A program made the translations under genes and the position numbers. A stretch of 64,000 nt of DNA from Acidobacteriota bacterium (GTDB lineage: Bacteria; Acidobacteriota; Thermoanaerobaculia; UBA5066; Gp7-AA6): the NCBI GenBank assembly GCA_039933215.1, contig JBDTOO010000005.1:22990-86989 (forward strand), given 5' to 3'. This document shows, piece by piece, positions 55,074 to 62,365 of the stretch. The notes under the pieces are model-generated. The model was not told where the DNA came from. It worked only from the letters and a program-made list of their open reading frames with translations, and did not search any database. The stretch's first letter is position 1, and each line of letters opens with the position of its first letter.

Positions 55074-55418
55074 TCACGGGAGAGTCGCGAGGCCGGCGGC
55101 CGGGCAACTCGAGAACGCGCCCGTGTCCTGGATGGGTTGGAACGGCGTGCCGAGCGGGTTCTCGTAGGTCTTGATGGCACCGGTGTCGCGGTCGACGACC
55201 GTCAGCTCGATCCTGCCGATCTTCGGGGCGGCGATTTCATTGAACCAGAGCGCGCCGTCCGGCCCGACCGTGATCCCGCCCGGGCGACTCCCTTGCGTGG
55301 GAAGGTTGAAATACGTCAGCGTCTGGGCCGGTAGGAGCGTGGCGACGCCCGCCCCGACGAGAGCAAGAAAAACGATCACGATTCCAGAATTCGCCCGCGC
55401 TCCCGACCCGTGATGCAT
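55074..55418 (-). CDS. Truncated paralog: signal peptide + single Vgb-like blade + last ~35 aa of the conserved C-terminal domain
   Basis: MHHGSGARANSGIVIVFLALVGAGVATLLPAQT...GPDGALWFNE...LTVVDRDTGAIKTYENPLGTPFQPIQDTGAFSSCP. Probably a deletion derivative. Confidence 0.45.
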   Translation of the reverse strand: MHHGSGARANSGIVIVFLALVGAGVATLLPAQTLTYFNLPTQGSRPGGITVGPDGALWFNEIAAPKIGRIELTVVDRDTGAIKTYENPLGTPFQPIQDTGAFSSCPAAGLATLP

Positions 55419-55451
55419 GGGATCCTTCCTTTCAATCGGACCAAGGGCGAT

Positions 55452-56819
55452 CTAGGGGCAACTCGAAAAGGCCTCGGTGTCCAGGACGGGTTGGAACGGC
55501 GTGCCGTTCGGGTTCTCGAAGGCCTTGACCGCCCCCGTTTCCCTGTCGACGACCGTGACGACGACGCCGACGTTCGTGAGCCCCGTCACGAACACCCACG
55601 TGCGGTTGTTGACGGCACAACCGTTCAGGACCTTCGCCACGACTTCGACGTTCTGCGAGTCGAAGAATGTGAAGTAGCCGGCGTCTTCCGTGAGAGCGGC
55701 AGCCTGTCCCGGTCCGCTCGCCGACGCGGTCGTCCACCGGGCGGTGACCGCAAAACGATTTCCGCTCAGGCAGAGGGTCGTGACATCCGGGGTGCAGAGT
55801 CCAAGGCCGGTGGTGTATTCGAAGACTCCCTCGGATGTCGCGGCAAAGAGCCTCGCCGGGTTCAGGGGGTCGATGACGAGGGTATTGACGCTCTTCCCGG
55901 GTAAGCCTTCCATGCTCATTGCCGTCCAGCTATTGCCGCCGTCTCTGGTTCTATAGAGGCCTACGACTGTGGTGGCGTAGAGGTTCGCCGGGTTTCGAGG
56001 ATCGATCGCGAGCGCTCCGATCGCACCCGTTCCGGGCAGACCTGCGTTGACCGCAGTCCAGTTCTGTCCGGCGTCCCTGCTTCTGAACACCCCCATGCTC
56101 GTGCCCGCGTAGAGCGTCGCGGGTGCCAGCGGATCGATGACGAGATCAAAGACGGCCAGGCCGTTCAGCCCGACGCTCGACCAGGTGTGACCGGAGTCGA
56201 TGGTCCTGTAGAGACCCTGGTTCCAGAACGTCCCGGCGTAGAGAGTGGCCGACCTCGTCGGATCGACGGTGAGCACTGCGATGTCGGGAGGATTTTGAGC
56301 CATCCCGCTGGATCGCCAGCTCAGCCCGTTGTCCGTGCTCCTGAAGACGCACGGTCCGTCGCACCCGTATTCGTTAGTGCCCACATAGATGGTGGACGGG
56401 TTACCGGGGCTGATAACGAGTGCCGTGACGTCGAAATTGGGAAGTCCCCTGCTGGCCCAGGTCCAGCTGACACCGTCGTTGACGCTTCGAAAAACCGCTC
56501 TGTTCGTAGCGGCATAGAGGTTCCCCGGCCTGGCCGGATCGACAGCGAGTGCCCGTACGGACGCCTCAGGAGTTGCGTCGGAATGGATGAAATTCCATGT
56601 GCTGCCGCTGTCGGTGCTCTTGAACAGCCCCTGGTTGCTGAACGCGTAGAGAATGGACGGGGTCGTCGGATCGATGGCCAAAGCCCCGATGGAATCCCCT
56701 GCCGGTCCGTGCGTGGTCCAGGTGTTGATGCCCGCGGTGGCTTTCCCTCCGGTGAGGAAAAGCAGAACCAAGACCCTCGAGAGAATGGAGAGGAGCGAGG
56801 TTCCAGTCTTTCGGTTCAT
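55452..56819 (-). CDS. Secreted BNR/Asp-box repeat beta-propeller protein with conserved Cys-containing C-terminal domain
   Basis: Start MNRKTGTSLLSILSRVLVLLFLTGG, with GGAGG RBS. Six S-x-D-x-G-x-T-W-type units: STDSGSTW, SVNDGVSW, STDNGLSW, TIDSGHTW, SRDAGQNW and TRDGGNSW. C-terminal domain LCTPDVTTLCLSGNRFAVTARW...VKVLNGC...TPFQPVLDTEAFSSCP. Confidence 0.8.
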   Translation of the reverse strand: MNRKTGTSLLSILSRVLVLLFLTGGKATAGINTWTTHGPAGDSIGALAIDPTTPSILYAFSNQGLFKSTDSGSTWNFIHSDATPEASVRALAVDPARPGNLYAATNRAVFRSVNDGVSWTWASRGLPNFDVTALVISPGNPSTIYVGTNEYGCDGPCVFRSTDNGLSWRSSGMAQNPPDIAVLTVDPTRSATLYAGTFWNQGLYRTIDSGHTWSSVGLNGLAVFDLVIDPLAPATLYAGTSMGVFRSRDAGQNWTAVNAGLPGTGAIGALAIDPRNPANLYATTVVGLYRTRDGGNSWTAMSMEGLPGKSVNTLVIDPLNPARLFAATSEGVFEYTTGLGLCTPDVTTLCLSGNRFAVTARWTTASASGPGQAAALTEDAGYFTFFDSQNVEVVAKVLNGCAVNNRTWVFVTGLTNVGVVVTVVDRETGAVKAFENPNGTPFQPVLDTEAFSSCP

Positions 56820-56872
56820 GAGAGACCTCCAATGAATTGCGGAAGAGGCGTTGTCCCGGCGAGCTCGACGCT

Positions 56873-58207
56873 CTAGGGACAGCTCGCGAAGGCGCCCGTG
56901 TCCAGGATCGGCGGGAACGGTGTGCCGGGCGAATTGGAGTAGCTGCGGGCCGCGCCGGTCTCCACGTCGACGACAGTCAGGACCACGTAGACGTTCGTGA
57001 GCCCCGCCGCGAACACCCAGGTGTGCGAATTGATGCTGCAGCCGTTCAACACCTTCACGACGATCTCGACGTTGTTCGGGCCGAAGAAGGTGAAGTAGCC
57101 GGCATCCGGCGTGATGGCGACCGCCTGCCCGGAACCGATCGTCCCGTTGGCGATCCACTGGGTCGTGACCGCGAACCGTCCGCCGCGCAAGCAGAGTGTC
57201 GTCGCGTCCGGCACGCAGGCATTCGTCCCCTCCGACGTGATCCGCACGAGCTGGTTCCCCGCAGCGAGCCAGACATGGCGGTCCGGTCCCAGGACGAGGG
57301 GGCCGCTGGGCGCGCCGATCCCCCCGGAGATCGGGATCTCCGTGACGACGCCATCGGGTGAAATCCGGCCGATCCTTTCCGTCTGGTCCTCCGTGAACCA
57401 GAGGTTGCCGTCCGGGCCCGCGACGATATGGGAACCGGCGGCGCCGGACGGTACGGGGAATTCGGTGATGGCGCCGGCCGGGGTGATTCGACCGATCGTG
57501 GGCGCCGCTTCCGTGAACCAGAGGTTGCCGTCCGCGCCCAGCGAGAGGTCCTTGGCCCAATTCTCGTCTCGGATGGAAAATATTCTTGTATGGCCCGCGG
57601 CGTCGATCCGTCCGATGGCGGCCCCGTAGTATTCGCTGAACCAGACGTGACCATCGGAACCGGCGGCGATCCTAGAAGGGTCGGCGTGGGTCACGGTGAA
57701 TTCGGTGATGACTCCGGCCGGCGTGATCCGGCCGATCCTCGAGCTCGACCTCTCGGTGAACCAGACATTGCCGTCGGGGCCCGCCGCGATCGCCAACGGA
57801 AATCCGTCCGTCGTCGGGATCGAAAACTCGGTGACGACCCCGGCTGTGGAGATCCGTCCGATGGCCCCGCGGACCTCGGTGAACCAGAGATTTCCGTCCG
57901 GGCCGGCGGCGATGCCGCCGAGCTCGGTAACTCGATCGGGTGTGGAGAATTCCGTCACATCACCCGCCATGGTCATGCGCCCAATGCGGCCTCGGTTTCC
58001 GACGTACCAGAGGTTGCCGTCCGGGCCGGCCGCGAGGCCGATCACGGAGCCGGGAATCGGGAATGCCGTGAAAGTCTCCGCAGAAGCGGCGGCGGCGAAG
58101 CCGGCAGCCAGAGCGGCAAAGGCGGAGACCAGGACTCGGAAGCGGCGGTTGCCGCCGCGCTTTGCCACCCGGGTTTCATCCGCTCCGCTTTTCGTGGCGC
58201 AATTCAT
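56873..58207 (-). CDS. Secreted Vgb/streptogramin-lyase-like 7-blade beta-propeller protein with the same conserved C-terminal domain
   Basis: Start MNCATKSG...RFRVLVSAFAALAAGFAAAASA. Repeats GPDGNLWYVG, GPDGNLWFTE (three times), GPDGNVWFTE, GSDGHVWFSE and GADGNLWFTE. C-terminal domain ACVPDATTLCLRGGRFAVTTQW...VKVLNGC...TPFPPILDTGAFASCP. Confidence 0.8.
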   Translation of the reverse strand: MNCATKSGADETRVAKRGGNRRFRVLVSAFAALAAGFAAAASAETFTAFPIPGSVIGLAAGPDGNLWYVGNRGRIGRMTMAGDVTEFSTPDRVTELGGIAAGPDGNLWFTEVRGAIGRISTAGVVTEFSIPTTDGFPLAIAAGPDGNVWFTERSSSRIGRITPAGVITEFTVTHADPSRIAAGSDGHVWFSEYYGAAIGRIDAAGHTRIFSIRDENWAKDLSLGADGNLWFTEAAPTIGRITPAGAITEFPVPSGAAGSHIVAGPDGNLWFTEDQTERIGRISPDGVVTEIPISGGIGAPSGPLVLGPDRHVWLAAGNQLVRITSEGTNACVPDATTLCLRGGRFAVTTQWIANGTIGSGQAVAITPDAGYFTFFGPNNVEIVVKVLNGCSINSHTWVFAAGLTNVYVVLTVVDVETGAARSYSNSPGTPFPPILDTGAFASCP

Positions 58208-58254
58208 TTTCAGTTCCTTTCGATTTCGGAAAGACGGTCCATGTGTGGGGCGGG

Positions 58255-58704
58255 CTAGTTCACCGTCACGGAAAAATTGCCGCAGCCCTTCCCGGAGGGG
58301 GTTCGAACGCACGGCGTATACGGCCCCGGCGGGACATTCCCCGGAACCACGATTCCCACGCGCGTGCCGTTGAAGACGGATTCCTGGACGCTCATTTCGA
58401 ATACCGAAGCTCCCGCCTCGAAGGTGGCGACCGGGTCCGGAAACAAGTTTTTTCCACGGATGATCCAACCGGCGCGCGGGTAATAGTTCCTCGTCGGCTC
58501 CGCGGACGTGACCATCGGCACGCCGGAAGCGGGTGGTGGAAGACCCGGAATTGATGTGACCTCGCTATGCGGCTGGGTCGGAGCATACGGGTCGTCTTTG
58601 CAGGCAGAAACCAGAATTGCCGACGCGGCCAGGATCACCAGCGCCGCTCTGGCCAGGACGGCTCTCCCCTTTGGGACGGTTGCCATTTCGGGCACGGAAC
58701 GCAT
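58255..58704 (-). CDS. Small lipoprotein, possible IPT/TIG-like beta-sandwich
   Basis: AAGGAG RBS. Lipobox ILVSAC. ...SAEPTRNYYPRAGWIIRGKNLFPDPVATFEAG... Confidence 0.55.
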   Translation of the reverse strand: MRSVPEMATVPKGRAVLARAALVILAASAILVSACKDDPYAPTQPHSEVTSIPGLPPPASGVPMVTSAEPTRNYYPRAGWIIRGKNLFPDPVATFEAGASVFEMSVQESVFNGTRVGIVVPGNVPPGPYTPCVRTPSGKGCGNFSVTVN

Positions 58705-58715
58705 TCGAGACTCCT

Positions 58716-58745
58716 TTCGGACGATCGCTTTTCGGCGTCCGATCG
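58716..58745. promoter_or_regulatory. Inverted repeat TCGGACG-N12-CGTCCGA in the 92-bp divergent intergenic region
   Basis: tcggacgatcgcttttcggcgtccga lies between the lipoprotein start (58704) and the regulator start (58797). Candidate operator; function not established. Confidence 0.3.
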
Positions 58746-58796
58746 TGAATCGGCGGCCTCGGGGATGTCCTTGTAGAATCCTCAGAAAGTCCTCAA

Positions 58797-59426
58797 ATGC
58801 GATTCGATCTGGGAACCGTCACGCTCGACACGGATCGCCACCAGGTGTTTCGCGGCGCCCAGCCCCTGCACCTCTCCACGAGGGCTTTTCAGCTGCTGTC
58901 GATGCTCGTGGAGAACCGCCCGCGCGCTCTTTCGAAGGACGAGCTGCAGCGAGCGCTCTGGCCGGAGACGTTCGTGTCCGACACGAGCCTCACGACTCTC
59001 ATCAACGAGATCCGCTCGCTGCTCTCCGAGACCGCGAAGGACGCCCGACTCATCCGCACCGTGCACGGCTACGGCTACGCCTTCGAGGGCGCGACCTCTC
59101 CGGCGCCGCCTCCCGGGTGCCGCCTGATCTGGGGCGAGCGAGAGGTACCGCTCGCAGAAGGCGAGAACATCCTCGGACGCGACCCGGGCGCCCGCGGCTC
59201 CATCCCCGACGCTTCCATTTCTCGCCGCCATGCCCGGATCACGGTCCACGGCGACACGGCGACGCTCGTGGACCTGATGAGCAAGAACGGCACATGGGTC
59301 GGAGACCACCGTGTGACGGAGCCGATCGCGTTATCCGACGGCGACGCCGTGCGGTTGGGTCTCGTCCGTCTGGTCTTCCGCGCGGCGTCGGAAACCTCTT
59401 CTTCCACGACCAAGACCGTCCGCTGA
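58797..59426 (+). CDS. One-component regulator: OmpR/PhoB-type winged-helix DNA-binding domain fused to C-terminal FHA domain (no receiver domain)
   Basis: N-terminus LSTRAFQLLSMLVENRPRALSKDELQRALWPETFVSDTSLTTLINEIRSLL...IRTVHGYGYAF is the trans_reg_C family. C-terminus ...ENILGRDPGA...ISRRHARITVHGDTATLVDLMSKNGTWVGDHRV is an FHA domain. Confidence 0.8.
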   Translation: MRFDLGTVTLDTDRHQVFRGAQPLHLSTRAFQLLSMLVENRPRALSKDELQRALWPETFVSDTSLTTLINEIRSLLSETAKDARLIRTVHGYGYAFEGATSPAPPPGCRLIWGEREVPLAEGENILGRDPGARGSIPDASISRRHARITVHGDTATLVDLMSKNGTWVGDHRVTEPIALSDGDAVRLGLVRLVFRAASETSSSTTKTVR

Positions 59427-59532
59427 GAAAGGCAGTCAGTCACGCGACGGCTGCAGGCCGTGGTGAGAATCGCACCCGATTGACAGGCTACTTTCCCGGA
59501 AACAGAATGACGTTACCGTCTCCGGAGACCCC

Positions 59533-62301
59533 ATGAGGTTCGAGCGGGCGTCCGCGGTGGTGCTGTTCAGCGTGTGGGTTATGGCGGCTCGCGCGGCAGC
59601 TCAGGCCCCGTCGCCGACCGGGAATCTCTACGGCACCGCTCTTGACGCTCAAGGCCATTCGGTGATCGGCGTCACCGTGGCGCTCACAGGATCGGGCGCG
59701 GTGCAAACCGCGCAGACCGGTGCGAACGGCGATTTCCACTTCTTGAACCTTTCGCCGGGCGCATACGCCGTGCGACTCGATCGGACGGGATTCGAAACGG
59801 TGCGCCGAGACGTGACCGTCGTTCTCGGTAAGAGCTCGGTGATCTCGATCACGATGCCCGTCGCGGGCGCGGTGGAGGACGTCACGGTCCATGGGGACGC
59901 GCCCGCTCTGGACAACCGCAAGATCCAGACGGGCGCGACTTTCGGCCAAAAGGAGCTCGAGAGTATCCCCACGACACGGGATCCGTGGGCCATCCTCCGT
60001 CAGGTACCCGGCGTCCTGATCGAAACTGTGAACGTGGGAGGCAACCCGCATGCGAGACAGCCCCTCTTCGTCGGTAAGGGCGCTCACCCGGATCAGAACA
60101 GCTACAACCTCGACGGTGTCGCGATCAGCCTTGGAGGGATCTCTCCGCTCTTCTTCGACTTCGATTCTTTGAGCGACATCGAGGTCGCGACCGGCGGCTC
60201 CGACCCGTCGCTCGCCACCCCTGGCGTGACAATCAACCTCGTTACCAAGCGCGGCACCAACCGGCTCAAGGGCTCGGCTCGCGTTCTGTACACCGGTGGC
60301 GCCGGGTGGGATTTCGGAATCGAGGCCGGTGGCTCGCCCTGGAAAGACCATTTGTGGGTCTGGGGCGCCGCCGCGCGGAACTCTTACCTGGGCCACACAT
60401 TCTTCTCGAACACGGGCGAGGCCGTCCGGAGCCAGGAGACGCTCGAGCACTGGAACGCGAAGTTGAACGCGCAGCTCCTGCCGGACAACGCGCTCGCTCT
60501 CACCTACACCGATTTCAAGAGGCTCAATCTGGGCCTCGCCAGCCCGGACTTTTCCAGAGCCTCGACCGGAGACAATGTTCGCCCGGGGAAGTCTTACAGA
60601 GTGGAGGACTCACAGGTCCTGTCCGCGCGGCTTTTCGCCTCCCTCTATGTCTCGTATGTAACGGCCGTTTCGACGGCGAAGCCCGAGGGAGGAATCGACG
60701 AGCAGGCGGAGCAGGACATCGATCTCATCTGGCAGCGGAGCTATTGGTCCCGCCGGTTCCGGGATTCGCAGCAATCGACCGGAACCAGTGCGTCGGCCTT
60801 CTTCGACACGGGCGGCCTGCGTCACGAGCTGAAGTTCGGATTCGGATTCAGGCATACCCGATCCGACGAGGCGTTGAGCTGGCCCGGGGACGGGCTCGTT
60901 GGCTACGCGTTTTACCGCCAGGTCGGGATCACGCGCCGGCAGGATCAAAAATCCGAGGTGAATCACTACTTCGCGTTCTTCGGTGACACGGTCCAGGCGG
61001 GCAACCTCACGCTGAATTTCGGCGCCCGGTTCGACTACCAGCAGGGGAGGAATCTGGCGGCGTCGGTTCCGGCCAATCCGGTCTTTCCAGAGCTACTACC
61101 GGCCGTCCAATACGACGGCGATTCGAATTACCCGATCACGCGGCGGCAAATTCAGCCCAGGGTCGGGGCGACGTACGCCCTTGGCCGACACCGCACGCTG
61201 CTCCGCGCCTCCTATTCCCGATTCGCCGACCAGCTGAGCAGCACCCCGGTCCGGTTCATCAGTGCATTCCCGGACATCGCGGCCCTCTACTACAGCTGGA
61301 ACGACGCAAACGGAAACGACCGCGTCGAACGGGACGAGGTGAACCTCTCCGACCCCCAGGGCTTCGTCGGTGTCGACCCGAACGATCCAGGATCCTCCGC
61401 CTCCGTCAATCGGATCGCGAGCGGCTTCGAGCCCCCTGTCACGGACGAGTACATCCTCCAGGTCGAACGGCAGATCGCATCCGACTTGTCGGGCTCTGTT
61501 TCGTACACCTACCGCAAATCCCGCAACCCTCTATTTTTCGACCTGATCGGAACGAGCGCCGACAGCTATCGATATCTCGGCAATGCGACGGGTACGTTCA
61601 CCGATGGCGCCGGATTCGTCGTCAACTTCAGCGAGCCTTATTACGGACTGACGGACCCACCTCCCGTGGGAACCGAGCTCCGGAATCGTCCGGATGCCAA
61701 CGAGACGTACGAGGGGGTGGAGCTCCAGCTGCTCAAGTCGTTCTCCCACGGCTGGATGGCTCGATTGAGCGCCTCCTTCAACGACTGGCGACAACACGTC
61801 GGCCCGCGCGCGATCTTCAATCCGAACAACGAGACCCCGGGCACCAATGCCAACGGTCCGACGGGCGAGGGAGTCATCAACTCGAAGTGGCAATTCAATG
61901 TGAGCGGTATGGTCGCGCTTCCGCTCGGAATCGAAGCCGGCCTGAATCTGTTCGGCCGCCAGGGCTTTTCGATTCCCTACTGGGTGGAAGTGGTGACCGG
62001 GGATTCGAACTTCAACAGGCCCGGCATTCAGATCGGACAGGCGACGCGCTATAGAGCGCCCGATCTCTACGATCTCGATCTCCAGATTGCGAAGGTGTTT
62101 CGGATCGGATCGTTAACCGTGACTCCGCAAATCGCGTGCTTCAATTTGCTGGACAGCCGCACCGTACTGCAACGCGATGGGTTCGTCGGGACATACGATC
62201 CCCAGGAGACCCCGGACTTCCGGAAGAATGAGAGTTTCAACGCGCCGATCGAGGCTTTGAGCAAGCGCGTCTTCCGCGGCGGCGTGCGGATCGAGTTCTA
62301 A
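59533..62301 (+). CDS. TonB-dependent receptor-like outer-membrane protein with N-terminal carboxypeptidase-regulatory-like domain
   Basis: Signal peptide. GTALDAQGHSVIGVTVALTGSGAVQTAQTGANGDFHFLNLSPGAYAVRL is CarbopepD_reg. Long beta-barrel region ending with aromatic residue ...GGVRIEF. Confidence 0.8.
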   Translation: MRFERASAVVLFSVWVMAARAAAQAPSPTGNLYGTALDAQGHSVIGVTVALTGSGAVQTAQTGANGDFHFLNLSPGAYAVRLDRTGFETVRRDVTVVLGKSSVISITMPVAGAVEDVTVHGDAPALDNRKIQTGATFGQKELESIPTTRDPWAILRQVPGVLIETVNVGGNPHARQPLFVGKGAHPDQNSYNLDGVAISLGGISPLFFDFDSLSDIEVATGGSDPSLATPGVTINLVTKRGTNRLKGSARVLYTGGAGWDFGIEAGGSPWKDHLWVWGAAARNSYLGHTFFSNTGEAVRSQETLEHWNAKLNAQLLPDNALALTYTDFKRLNLGLASPDFSRASTGDNVRPGKSYRVEDSQVLSARLFASLYVSYVTAVSTAKPEGGIDEQAEQDIDLIWQRSYWSRRFRDSQQSTGTSASAFFDTGGLRHELKFGFGFRHTRSDEALSWPGDGLVGYAFYRQVGITRRQDQKSEVNHYFAFFGDTVQAGNLTLNFGARFDYQQGRNLAASVPANPVFPELLPAVQYDGDSNYPITRRQIQPRVGATYALGRHRTLLRASYSRFADQLSSTPVRFISAFPDIAALYYSWNDANGNDRVERDEVNLSDPQGFVGVDPNDPGSSASVNRIASGFEPPVTDEYILQVERQIASDLSGSVSYTYRKSRNPLFFDLIGTSADSYRYLGNATGTFTDGAGFVVNFSEPYYGLTDPPPVGTELRNRPDANETYEGVELQLLKSFSHGWMARLSASFNDWRQHVGPRAIFNPNNETPGTNANGPTGEGVINSKWQFNVSGMVALPLGIEAGLNLFGRQGFSIPYWVEVVTGDSNFNRPGIQIGQATRYRAPDLYDLDLQIAKVFRIGSLTVTPQIACFNLLDSRTVLQRDGFVGTYDPQETPDFRKNESFNAPIEALSKRVFRGGVRIEF

Positions 62302-62365
62302 CGCCCTCGGCGTCATCGCCGCCGGGAATACATCCTTCGGACTAGAATCCCCCGACGGCTATTCG

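Noticed and set aside
55074-58207. C-terminal module as a Bacteroidetes-type T9SS sorting domain, PEP-CTERM or LPXTG
   Set aside because: No terminal TM helix plus basic tail, no PEP or LPXTG motif, and no conserved terminal Lys pair typical of T9SS CTDs. The gene content fits Acidobacteriota-like organisms rather than Bacteroidota. Left as uncharacterised.
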